From NCBI GenBank assembly GCA_963804165.1, contig CAWDPO010000030.1, forward strand, positions 64,001 to 128,000: 64,000 bases of DNA. The letters are read 5' to 3'. Origin of the DNA: an uncultured delta proteobacterium (GTDB lineage Bacteria; Desulfobacterota; Binatia; UBA9968). The position numbers and the translations under genes are program-made. This document shows, piece after piece, positions 1-9,928 of the stretch (the first letter of the stretch is position 1; each line of letters opens with the position of its first letter). The notes below the pieces were generated by a model. It was not told the DNA's origin and made no database searches. It was given only the letters and a program-made list of their open reading frames with translations.

Positions 1-494
1 GCCGCCTTGGCGACGCCCATGACGTTGTAATTCGGAATGACTTTTTCCGAGCCCATATAGGTGAGTGTGAGGATCGATCCGTTGCGCCCTTCCATCAACG
101 GCGCCGCCCGCTGCGCCAACGCGACGAGCGAATAAGCGCTGACGTCCATGGCGAGGTGAAAGCCCGCGCGGCTGGTTTGCGCATAGGGATTGGACAAGTC
201 TTCTTTGTTGGCAAAGGCGATGGCGTGAATCAGGATATCGACGCCGTTCCATTCCTGCTTCAGGCTGGCAAAAACTTTTTCGATTTCTTCGTCTTTGGTG
301 ACGTCGCAAGGCAAAATGATCTTCGAGCCGATCCCTTCCGCCAGCGGCCGCACGCGCTTTTCCAAAATTTCTCCGGCGTAAGTGAATGCCAGCTCCGCGC
401 CCTCGGCGTGAAACGCCTCCGAGATCGCCCAGGCGATGCTGCGCTCGTTGGCCACGCCAAAGATCGCCGCTTTTTTCCCCTCCAATAATCCCAT
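1..494 (-). CDS. fabI: Enoyl-ACP reductase, truncated by the window edge
   Basis: Manual translation from ATG at 494: MGLLEGKKAAIFGVANERSIAWAI...SAYSL...LTYMGSEKVIPNYNVMGVAKAA. These are FabI motifs. Confidence 0.93.
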   Translation of the reverse strand, partial: MGLLEGKKAAIFGVANERSIAWAISEAFHAEGAELAFTYAGEILEKRVRPLAEGIGSKIILPCDVTKDEEIEKVFASLKQEWNGVDILIHAIAFANKEDLSNPYAQTSRAGFHLAMDVSAYSLVALAQRAAPLMEGRNGSILTLTYMGSEKVIPNYNVMGVAKA

Positions 495-509
495 AATCTC
501 TCCCATACC

Positions 510-650
510 CAATTTTCGATTTTAGATTTTAGATTAGTCAAAAAGAAACCCAGAAACTTGTTCAGATAGATAGCCGCTCGTGCATTTTGTTCCGTATCGA
601 AAACCTGTCCTGAGCTAACGCCGAAGGATCGGCAATCGAAAATCTAAAAT
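510..650. repeat. Heptamer (AATCGAA/AATCTAA) tandem repeats arranged as an imperfect inverted pair
   Basis: TTTTCGATTTTAGATTTTAGATT at about 512-535 and AATCGAAAATCTAAAAT at about 634-650. Related runs occur at 1634-1662 and 1724-1771. Confidence 0.75.
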
Positions 651-1710
651 TATTTGATGATTCTACTCGCTCGCGCCAACACTTCGGGCGAAATCGTCAG
701 GCCGATCTGCTTCGCCGTCTTGAGATTGATGACGAACTCGAACTTCTTGGGCCGTTCCACAGGTATGTCAGCGGGTTTTGTCCCCTTGAGAATCTGATCC
801 ACGATCTCTGCGGCGCGACGGAACATCTCTAACCGATCCTCCGAGTAAACCATGAGTCCGCCTGCCTCGACATACCGAGTGTTGGGATACATCGCTGGCA
901 GTCGACTGTTTGCGGCTAGCTCTAAAATCCGTTTTTGGTGAGCGGCGAAGAACCCACTGCCTCCGAGCTAGAAGCGCCCCAGCACGCTTTTTGGTCGCGG
1001 CTTGAAAGGCATCCTTTCGATGTCGTCACGCTCTTTCACCTCTAAGGATTGAATCCCTAACCCTAAAGACCGAGCCACAGTCTCTGTCTCTTTCATCGTC
1101 ATAGCCCGCGTCTGGATTGGTCGAACTCCAGAGATACCCGACCTGCGAGAGTTTGGGAATAATTTCCTTGAGCAGCTCAAGCCGTTTTCCGTTTAGTTCG
1201 GTGTTAATAGAGGTCAGCCCTGTGATGTTTCCACCAGGGTCGCGCGAGGCTCGCGATGATGCCACGCCTTTCGGCATCCGCGCCGAATGCCATCACAACG
1301 GGGATCGTCTTGATCACTGTTTTTAGCAACCTCCGCCGCTTCAGTCCCGGTGGTAACGATAACGTCGCAGCTGAGACGGACTAGCTCGGCGGCGAGGTCT
1401 GGAAGACCGATCAACCTTCCCCTCCGAGAACCGGTACTCGATTATGAGGTTCTGCTCCTCGACGTAACCGATCTCGCGTAAACGTTCACGAAATGGCTTC
1501 ACGAAAATTGGCTGTAAGTAGAAGCGTTGCTCGCTCCAGATAACATATCCGCGCGACTTTCTTTCGGCTGCTGCGCGTCGGCCACGGCACCCGCACAGTA
1601 TGAAGAAAACAGCGAAGGCGGCGAGGCCCGCCGATTTTAGATTTTCGATTTTGGATTTTAGATTGCCGGAAATGGAATGCAGCCATGGCGACGAATACCT
1701 TTATCTTCAT
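650..1710 (-). CDS. ABC transporter substrate-binding protein (ABC_sub_bind type), several frameshifts
   Basis: Fragments LAAELVRLSCDVIVTTG, PGGNITGLTS...GKRLELLKE and GTKPADIPVERPKKFEFVINLKTAKQIGLTI are spread over several ORFs. Confidence 0.85.
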
Positions 1711-1774
1711 GCTCTTTCCCCTTAATCGAAAACTTGTGAAAGCCGAAGGATTGGCAATCTAAAATCTAAAATTC

Positions 1775-2382
1775 TTAGCTTCTGCCTCGCTTCACTGCGA
1801 GTCCGCGTTGCCAGAGATATTCTTGCTCGCCGGTTTGTTTGGCAATCCAGCGGAGAGAACGAAAAACAGATCGCTCAACCGGTTGACGTATTTGATCAGC
1901 GTCGGATTGACTTCCTCGCGCGCGATAGCCGGAATATTTCCCTCTCCGCGCGCCGGCACACCGTGCGGCACTGGTGCAGATAGGCGCCGATGCGCCCGCC
2001 GCCCGGCAAGATGAAAGACTTAAGCGGTTCGAGATCTTTCTGACACTGGTCGATCAGCTTCTCGAGCCGATTGATCTCATCGTCGCCCACTCGGTACATG
2101 CCCTCTGTGAAAAATTCCGGCGGCGTGGCCAGCTCGCTGCCGAGATCGAATAGCTCGTCTTGAATTTGGCACAGCACTTCGTCCAAAAACTGATGCGCTT
2201 CGCCAGCGTCGAGACTCTCTTCATTGAAGACCCGCGCCAGTCCGACAATGGAGTTTAATTCATCGATCGTCGCCGTAGGCGTCGATTCGCAGCGAATCTT
2301 TGGGCACTCTCTTGCCGCCGACCAGAGCGGTTTCGCCCCTGTCGCCCGTGCGCGTGTAAACTTTGGTGATGCGAACCGCCAT
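1775..2382 (-). CDS. PduO-type cob(I)alamin adenosyltransferase, frameshifted
   Basis: [20 protein letters not shown]...TIDELNS...[14 protein letters not shown]...FILPGG...RTVCRRAER. Confidence 0.9.
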
Positions 2383-2402
2383 GACTTCACAACCGCGACG
2401 TT

Positions 2403-2538
2403 TAGTAGGACGTTGAAAGACTCTCTCGGAATCCTTCGACACGCTCAGGATGAACGGAGATGGGATTGAAATCGCTGAAAAACTTCCGTGCATGCTGAGC
2501 TTGTCGAAGCATTCTTTGCCTTCTTCAGCACCCTGCTA
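2403..2538. mobile_element. MITE-like element with imperfect TIRs enclosing a REP-like palindrome
   Basis: Ends TAGTAGGACGTTGAAAG and TCTTCAGCACCCTGCTA. The internal CCTTCGACACGCTCAGG...CTGAGCTTGTCGAAG palindrome is like that at 4920-5000. Confidence 0.55.
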
Positions 2539-2582
2539 GAATGCAGGATTTAGGAGCCGGATGCTACTCTTGTTGATCCGGT

Positions 2583-3950
2583 TTATTTCTGCGACCGGCT
2601 ACGCCATAGCAAATAAGCTGGGATGCCCAAGCACAAGATGAAAAGTCCGATCAGCGATTCCTTTGGCTTTTCCGTCACCGAGCCCCAAACGATCCATAGA
2701 TGAATGAGCACGAACAGCACTGGCACGATCGGATAACCCCACACCCGATAGGGACGCTTGAGCTCCGGACGTTTCAAACGCAGAACGATCACCGAGCCAA
2801 CGTGAAAGCCGAGAAAAGCGTGATCGCCACGCTGACATAAGTAAACAAGGTGCCCCAAGTGTTGGTGAGAATCAGCAAACAGCTCCAAAGCGCCTGAAGC
2901 AAGATGGCCTTGGTTGGCGTGCCAAATTTCGGGATGAACGTAGGTGAGGCGCTGAAAAAAGACTCCATCCTTCGCCATCGCGTAGTAAATTCGCGGCCCG
3001 ATCATCGTCACTACGTTGAGCGCGCCGAGAATCGATACGGTAATGATCGCGGTAATCCAAGCCGAGGTCTTGAGGCCGAACAGCGCCGTGGTCGCGACTT
3101 CCGACATGCGCAGCGCGCCCTTCATCTCCGTCACCGGCACCGCATAAATATAAACCGCGTTAATCGCCAGATAGAGCGCGGTCACGATCAGCACGCCGTA
3201 CATCAGCGCGCGCGGCAGATTCTCTTCGGGGTCTTTCACTTCACCGGCAATGTAGATGACCGCATTCCATCCCGAGTAGGCGAAGATCACCGGTATAAAA
3301 GCCGCTCCAAACAGACTGGAGTTGCCGATCTTTTCCCAGTCGAAAAGCGGCTCAAAGTGACTCGTGTTGCCGTTGCCGAAAATCACGCCGAAGACAATGA
3401 TGCCCAATAGCGCGCCGATCTTCAGTATCGTCAAAATATTCTGCGTCAAAGTCCCCTGCCTGACACCCAGGCAGTGAAGTCCCGACAAAAGCAACACCAC
3501 CGCCATGGAAAAGAGTGTGCCCACCGTGGCGCTGATGGGAATCCACGGTAGCGGAATGGAGAAGATCACATCTTGCGAGCCGAGGAACGGAAAGAAAAAC
3601 GACACAAAGCCATTCAATATCACGGCAAGGAAAGCGATCGCGCCGGAGAAGGTGACGAGAAACGAAGACCAACCGGACAAGAAACCCATCAGCTTGCCAT
3701 AGGCTTCGCGGATGTAGATGTAGTCACCGCCGGCGTAGGGCATGCTCGCAGACAATTCAGCGCAAGTGAGAGCACCGGCAAGGGCGAGCAGTCCGCCAAA
3801 AAGCCACACGAGCAATACGCCGCCGGGGGTCGGCAGGGTCTCCGCAATCGCCCCGGTAGAGATGAAAATCCCTGTGCCGATCATATCGCCGGCAATCAAC
3901 ATGACCGCTGAAAACAAGCCGATTTGCCGTTTGAGTTCAGTTTGCGCCAT
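2583..3950 (-). CDS. APC-family amino acid permease (local frameshift pair near the C-terminus)
   Basis: MAQTELKRQIGLFS...IGTGIF...AELSASMPYAGGDYIYIREAYG...FAYSGWN...GEVKDP...RPYRVWGYP. Confidence 0.92.
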   Translation of the reverse strand: MAQTELKRQIGLFSAVMLIAGDMIGTGIFISTGAIAETLPTPGGVLLVWLFGGLLALAGALTCAELSASMPYAGGDYIYIREAYGKLMGFLSGWSSFLVTFSGAIAFLAVILNGFVSFFFPFLGSQDVIFSIPLPWIPISATVGTLFSMAVVLLLSGLHCLGVRQGTLTQNILTILKIGALLGIIVFGVIFGNGNTSHFEPLFDWEKIGNSSLFGAAFIPVIFAYSGWNAVIYIAGEVKDPEENLPRALMYGVLIVTALYLAINAVYIYAVPVTEMKGALRMSEVATTALFGLKTSAWITAIITVSILGALNVVTMIGPRIYYAMAKDGVFFQRLTYVHPEIWHANQGHLASGALELFADSHQHLGHLVYLCQRGDHAFLGFHVGSVIVLRLKRPELKRPYRVWGYPIVPVLFVLIHLWIVWGSVTEKPKESLIGLFILCLGIPAYLLWRSRSQK

Positions 3951-4094
3951 AGCGCCGAACATTACAGGGAAATGTTTAGGCAGGCAACTAATTTGCGCGC
4001 CAGACAGCTTTCCAGAGCAATTGGAACTGGCAAAAAATAATGTAGGTAGCTTTTCGCGAACTGACTGAAAGTAGCCTCTAAGGAGAATCGTCCA

Positions 4095-4769
4095 ATGATA
4101 CTCGTATCCTTTGCTCGTCGCCGTGATTCTTATGCTCCCGCTACTCGTCGCGGCCAGGATGCCGTCAAACGCGATGAACATCAGATGCATGGGCTGCACA
4201 ACGATCCGAAGTCTTACATCGGCGCGCTGGAAGATCCCAAGCGCGACGCCTACCAAAAGCCGCACGAAGTTCTGACGGCGTTGAATCTCAAACCGGGCGA
4301 AGTCATCGCCGACATCGGCGCCGGCTCCGGCTACTTCACGTTCCGTCTTGCGCACCACGTCGGCGCCAAAGGAAAAATCTACGCCGTCGATGTGAGCCCC
4401 GACATGATCCGGCACATCAACCGGCGGCATCCGCGAGACTGAAAACAACGAATGTCGTCTCGATCCTCGCCGATCCCGACGATCCACTGCTGCCGGAGCA
4501 ATCGGTCAACCGCTTTTTCTTCAGCAACTCCTGGCACCACATTGAGAACCAGACGAAATATCTTTCGACTGATGAAAAAAATGCTCAAGCCCAAGGGGGA
4601 AGTGGTCATGATCGACTTTCACAAAAAAGAGATGCAGGTCGGCCCGCCGCTGAAAACGAAAATCGCCAGAGAAGATTTAATCAAGCAAATGGAAACGAAC
4701 GGTTTTCGGCTCACCAAAGAACACACGTTTCTGCCCTACCAGTATTTCCTAGTGTTTGCGCCCAAGTGA
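4095..4769 (+). CDS. Class I SAM-dependent methyltransferase with signal-like N-terminus, frameshifted
   Basis: RDAYQKPHEVL...VIADIGAGSGYFTFRLA...IYAVDV, then LKPKGEVVMIDF...FLPYQYFLVF. Confidence 0.85.
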
Positions 4770-4837
4770 AACGTCGGTAATGACTCATCTTGGTCGACCA
4801 TTTGTGCAGAGGCTTTTCAGCAAAAGTCGCAGTAAAA

Positions 4838-4893
4838 CAGATTCTTCGCTGTGCTCAGAATGACGTTCGAGGGGGAGTTGTCATCCTGAACGA
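4838..4893. repeat. REP-like palindromic repeat (GTCATCCTGA.../...TCAGAATGAC family), interrupted
   Basis: The same family continues at 6343-6390 and occurs intact at about 36047-36128. Confidence 0.7.
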
Positions 4894-5024
4894 CAGACTG
4901 TGTGAAAACTCTATCGGAGCCCTTCGACTAGGCTCAGGGCGAACGGATAAGTACTTTATTTCTAATAAACGCCACCGTTCGTGGTGAGCGAGTCGAACCA
5001 TGAACTGTGTTTTCACACAGTCTG
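4894..5024. mobile_element. MITE sharing TIRs with the IS1182 at 37674-39327
   Basis: CAGACTGTGTGAAAAC at 4894 and GTTTTCACACAGTCTG ending at 5024. It is preceded by ACGA, as the IS is. Confidence 0.85.
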
Positions 5025-5041
5025 GGCTCATCTATGAAAGC

Positions 5042-5236
5042 TTTGTCAAGGTATCTGTTAGTCACATATTGTTTTTTCTTCTCATGGTTTCGAATACACC
5101 AGTACTTATCGTCCGTGGCAAAGCGTACCGGATGTTATAGGACTCATCTATTCGCGGTCTAAAGCGGCAGAGAAAAATGCCACAGGGCTGTCGCAATCAG
5201 AATTCGGGTCGCAGTGGACAGATGAGCCGCGCGCGC
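5042..5236 (-). ncRNA. Candidate bridge/seek RNA region of the IS1111 element
   Basis: Expected location for IS1111-type elements. It contains three 9-nt matches to the element's junctions (see findings). Confidence 0.55.
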
Positions 5237-6274
5237 TTAGCCCTGCGTGGACGACATCGGTTCGCGATAGCTTTCTCCTTTTTTCAACATGAAGAAACTA
5301 GCCTCGGCGAAGTGTCGAGCCACGGCCACAATCGCTTTGAGGTGCCCTCGTCTGGCTTTGACATTTTCATACAGCCGGGCAACGTGTCGGTACTGGCAGC
5401 GCTCGCGGTTGAGCACCGCGCTATTGGAGGCTTCGGTAAAGGCCCACTTCAGATAAAGATTCACATCCTTTCTCACCCGCGCGTAGCGCACCTTGACGAC
5501 ACTGGAGTTCTGCCAAGGTATCAGCTCGGCGTAACTCGCCAGCTGCTGGCTCGCCCAGAGCGCTAGATCGTAAAGATCTCAGCGCAGATCACCACCGCGA
5601 AAATCTCACCCACCCTGGCCCCTCTGCAAATAAGTCGTCTCGGCACAGGGAGCAAAGGCTTGGCGCATTTGGCCTTCAATGGTCTTGAGATTGGCCTGCA
5701 CATGGTCGAGCTCGTCGAGCATCAATCGCAGCGCTTGTTGGGTGTGCGGTGGCAGCTTGGAGCAAAGCTCTTCGATGATCTGTCGGCCCCGCTTGCCAAA
5801 GGCGTCGCTGACGCCGTCGACCTTGAGCCCGTACTTCTCCAGAGTGGCGTGAATACGGTTCTTGAACTGGGTTCTCTGCTTGCTGAGCACCATGCGGGTG
5901 CGCGGCAGCTCGCGGCCATCACGAACCGCAGACGGCGCAATCCACACCGTCGGCAGGGTTCCGACTCTCTGCAAACGATTCATTCCTTTCGCATCGAGCT
6001 TGTCGCTCTTGTTCACGCTGCCGATCATCAGCTTGGCCAGTCGTGCGTTGACCAGTTGCGGCGATCCTTTCCCCGCCTCGATCTCATCGACTACCCAGTA
6101 CCAGTTGCCCACGGTCTCAACCGCCACCGGGGTTCCCGGAATCCACTTGTTGGTGAAGTTCTTAATCGTTCCTCGACTATGCGCCAGTTTACACTCAAAG
6201 AACTTCTGGCCTTGGTCATTTTCTACCCGCGCCCAGGTGTAATGCTTATGAACATCCAATGCGACGTATTCCAT
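5237..6274 (-). pseudogene. IS110-family recombinase/transposase, disrupted around 5500-5610
   Basis: DEDD domain (ALDVHKHY...VETVGNW...KSDKLDA) and a C-terminal part (QLASYA...NSS...YLKWAF...AIVAVAR), separated by frameshifts and a stop. Confidence 0.85.
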
Positions 6275-6424
6275 TTGCGATTTCCTCCTCCAGCCGTCAG
6301 TCTATCTACCGACGCTGAGGATTTCATCGCTTTCATATTAATCAGAATGACGCTCGACGGAGTTGTCATCCTGAACGAAGTGAAGGATCTGCTTTCAATT
6401 TCAAATTGAGTGGCTATCGAATCG

Positions 6425-7514
6425 TCACAAATTGTAGAAGTTCATGGCGTTGCCGCTCAGGATGGCGTCCTTGTCGTGGTCGGACAAGTCCGGATGGTCG
6501 ATCAGCTCATTTAGCTCATGCACGGCAGGTCTCGCTGTTAACCTCGTGGGGAAAATCCGAAGAGTACATGAACGGCTCGGCGCCGACCATTTTAACGGCG
6601 GTGGCAAGAAGCGGTTCCCCGCCCTCGCAGCCGACGAAAATTCGCCGCGCCTTAACATGCCGGACGATGTAGTCGCTGACTTTCTCGCCTGGCTGAAGTT
6701 TTAGATAGCTGCCCCTCAGATCGCGCATCACGTGTGACTGGTAGGAGCTGTCGAACCGTTCCAGGCAGAACAAGAACCACGCGACGCCGCCTTCGAGAAA
6801 ACCGAACTTAACCTTCGGATATCTTTCCAGCACGCCGCTAAAAACAATCGACGCCAGCGAAATCATCTGACCGAGCGGATGCCCGATCGCATGCACGGCC
6901 GCGTATGGATCGAGCCCGTCCATACCCATGCCACCGTGCACTCCCCCGTGGATGGCGACACAACAACCCAAATCATTCGCCGCCTCGTAAATGGGAAAGT
7001 AAGTCGGTGTGCCGAGCGGAGGCGCGTGCAAACTGTTCGACGGGATCACCGCGCCGCACATGCCGAGCTCAGTTACTGCCCGGCGCAATTCTTGCGCAGC
7101 GGCTTGCGGATTCAAAATAGGCTGCGGCAACAATGCCAACCCGCGAAAGCGCGGGCTGTATCGGAAATAAGTTTCGCAAAGCCAGTCGTTATATGCGCGC
7201 GCGGCATCGATGGCCCAATCCGGATTGACGATGTTCGACGAACCCACGCCGGACGTTGGGTAAAGCACCGTGCTTTCGAGACCCACCTCGTCCAAAAACG
7301 TCAGCCACTCCTTCGGCCCCACGTGTCGATTAAAAGCGCCCGCGGGCATGTCGACAAGATGAGCCGCGTGCAAGTGATCGAAGGGGGGAAACGGATTGAA
7401 AGGCTGCAAGCGCGCCTTTTCACGATACGCGTCTGGCATATGCGCGATGATCGCCGGCGCATCCTCGGCGACGTGGCCGTCGGCGTCGATGATTCTTCGA
7501 TTTTCTAGAGGCAT
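6425..7514 (-). CDS. Amidohydrolase family protein (Amidohydro_2), C-terminal frameshift
   Basis: IIDADGHV...ARAYNDWL...AIHGG...FLEGGVAW...SSDFPHE...ILSGNAMNFY. Confidence 0.9.
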
Positions 7515-7836
7515 AGGCAAAGCTCCTCTCTGATCGAATGAAATAACAAATCCGCTCGTGGGAGAACAAGGTCAATTTACGAGAGTTGTAAGGTCCGCGT
7601 TTTCCGTGTCATAGGTTCGCTAAATATTTCCACGCCGCCACCTCCCGCAAATCTCCCCTATCCCCTCTTTTCCAAAGAGGGGGATTCTTGAGCTGTGATC
7701 ATCGAAGAGACGCATTTAAAATATCCCCCTTGGGAAAAGGGAAGGTGTGAAAAAATTGCTGCAAAAAATTGGTGACATAGCTATATGACTAGTGATATGC
7801 TCGCCTCCGTCGGCTTCAATGAGGGAGGCGCTTTGC

Positions 7837-8046
7837 ATGGCTTATTTAACCAAACTCCAGGTGATCGAGCGAGCCAATGGCCAGCAACAGTTTTACCTGA
7901 TTTGCCCCGCTCCTCTGGCCGAAGCTCTGGAAATGCAGAAAGGCGAGACCATCGAGTGGGTGGTCGAGGACAAATGGACTCTGAGGATAACCCGCACTGA
8001 GGCTCGCTCGGCCCAGGCGTCGCGGAGGTCCCATGCCCGACGATAG
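7837..8046 (+). CDS. Small AbrB/MazE-like protein inside the IS
   Basis: MAYLTKLQVIERANGQQQFYLICPAPLAEALEMQKGETIEWVVED fits the swapped-hairpin pattern (P..L...L.M.KGE.IEW). RBS GGAGG upstream. Confidence 0.6.
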   Translation: MAYLTKLQVIERANGQQQFYLICPAPLAEALEMQKGETIEWVVEDKWTLRITRTEARSAQASRRSHARR

Positions 8047-9561
8047 ATCCTTGGACAGTTCCAGCACGCCTGAGCAGCCTGCGGTGCGGTGCAAACCGGT
8101 TGAACGAAACCAACTTTTGCTTCGAGCGGTGGATGTGGAGAAGCTTGTGGACGATCAGCATGAGGTGCGCGCGATCTGGGAGCTGGTCGGGCAGTTGGAC
8201 TTGAGAGCTTTTTATGCCGAGATTGGCGCGCTCGAAGGGGAAGCGGGTCGGCCAGTCTGGGACCCTAAGGTCCTGATCAGTTTGTGGCTCTATGCGTATA
8301 AGGATGGAGTTAGCTCGGCCCGAGAGATTGCGCGGCTGTGTGAGTATCATCCGGCCTATCAGTGGGTGACGGGGATGGAGGTGGTCAATTATCACACGCT
8401 GGCGGATTTTCGCATCGAGCACAAAGCGGCGCTTGATCAATTGTTGATTGAGGTGCTCGGGGTGCTCACGCACCAGGGACTGATCACGCTTGAGCGCGTG
8501 ATGCACGATGGGACCAAGATCAAAGCCGCGGCATCGGATAGGAGTTTTCATCGCCAAGGGACCCTGAAGGATCACCTGAAGGAGGCGGAGGAGCAACTTC
8601 AGGCGATGGGAGATCCCGACTCGGAAAAACTTAGTCAACGCACGGCTCAAGCCCAACAGCGAGCGCTGCGCGAGAAGCAACAGCGGCTTAAAGAGGCGCT
8701 CAAGGAGTTGGAGCAGCTTGAGCACAATCGCTCCAAGGAAAAAACCGAAGAAAAGAAAAAACAACCTCGGGCCAGTAGCACCGATCCGCAGGCACGCGTG
8801 ATGTTGGGGGCCAAAGGCGCGTATGCACCGAGCTATAACGTGCAGATTTCCACCGACGCCAACGCCAAGATCATTGTGGGAGTCGACGTGAACCAGTCTT
8901 GCAGTGACGCGGGGCAATTGGAACCAGCGGTAGAACGAATCGAGGCCAACCTGGGGCAAAAGCCCGAGCAGATGGTGGTGGATGGCGCCTACCCAACGCA
9001 GCAGGCCATTGAGGCGATGGCCGACAAAGGCATTGATTTGATCGGACCTCTGCCGCAGAGAAAAAAGCCTCGTGGGACGTGTTGAAGCGGAACGGAGTCA
9101 GTGGGGAATTTTATCCGCAGGCCTTCTGTTATGATCCGAGTACTGACTCCTATCGGTGTCCGGCAGGTAAACGGCTCAGCTTTGAAACCGAGGAACGGCA
9201 AGGCGGCTGGGGCAAGCGGCGCTACCGGGCGCGGGTTTCGGATTGTCGAAGCTGTCCGTTTCAGAACCAATGTTGTCCCGGGACTAAAAAGGGGCGGTCG
9301 TTGCTGCGCAGGGAAAAGACCGCTCAACTGGTGGCGTTTGAAGCCAAGATGCAGACTGAACAAGCCCAACAGATCTACAAGCAGCGAGCCGGGGTGGCAG
9401 AGTTTCCCAACGCCTGGATCAAAGAGAAAATCGGGCTTCGGCAGTTTCGGTTGCGCGGTCTTCTCAAGGTCACAGCCGAGGCCCTGTGGGCTTGCCTGAC
9501 GTACAACATTTGCCAGTGGATTTGTCTTTGTTGGAGACCCCAAAGGTTGACTCATGCTTAG
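8033..9561 (+). CDS. IS1182-family transposase with a -1 frameshift at about 9061
   Basis: GRPVWDPKVLISLWLYAY...SSAREIARLC...DGTKIKA...STDPQARVM...SYNVQ...VVDGAY, then YRCPAGK...CRSCP...YKQRAGVAEFPNAWIK. Confidence 0.9.
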
Positions 9562-9928
9562 CCAAGAATCAAAAAAACAACCCCTGAGGCGGCCATCGTA
9601 CCTCAAACAAAGAGCCTGTGAGGATCGCAGTGATGATTTAGAACTGTTCATGACAGACACAGTTACTTAGTTCGTAGGAAAATACTTTGGAATCCAACAC
9701 CCACGACTCCTGAATTTTTTCACACCTTCAGGGGGACAAGGGGGATTTGAGTTCGGCTTTAGCTACTGGCATCGTTGTGACTTTTTAAACGGAGCTCTGA
9801 CACACCAACTGAATTCCGCTTAAAAAGCATGCGAAAATGACGGGGAAGGGAGCTCACTAACCTTGCTTCGATTTGCTCCTAGCCAGACAGCGTCGTATAC
9901 AACGAGAAGCAATCCCGAGGATAAGTCA

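Larger units (their letters stand above)
5029..6344 (-). mobile_element. IS110-family (IS1111-type) insertion sequence
   Basis: CA core at both ends (5029-5030, 6343-6344). Sub-terminal IRs TATGAAAGC (5033-5041) and GCTTTCATA (6329-6337). About 200 bp of non-coding DNA lies downstream of the transposase. Removing the element restores GGCTCAGAATGAC. Confidence 0.85.
7741..9729 (+). mobile_element. IS1182-family element inserted in a REP-like hairpin
   Basis: TIR GAAGGTGTGAAAAAATT / AATTTTTTCACACCTTC with AGG duplicated on both sides. The flanks rejoin into TCCCCCTTGGGAAAAGGGGGACAAGGGGGATT. Confidence 0.88.

Noticed and set aside
3951-4487. N-terminal extension of the permease ORF
   Set aside because: It overlaps the divergent methyltransferase. 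Permease similarity starts at MAQTELKR (3950).
7781-8959. 392-aa minus-strand ORF, and similar long shadow ORFs such as 13170-14372 and 48513-49529
   Set aside because: These are antisense or alternative frames of well-supported genes, expected at this GC content, and they carry no motifs.
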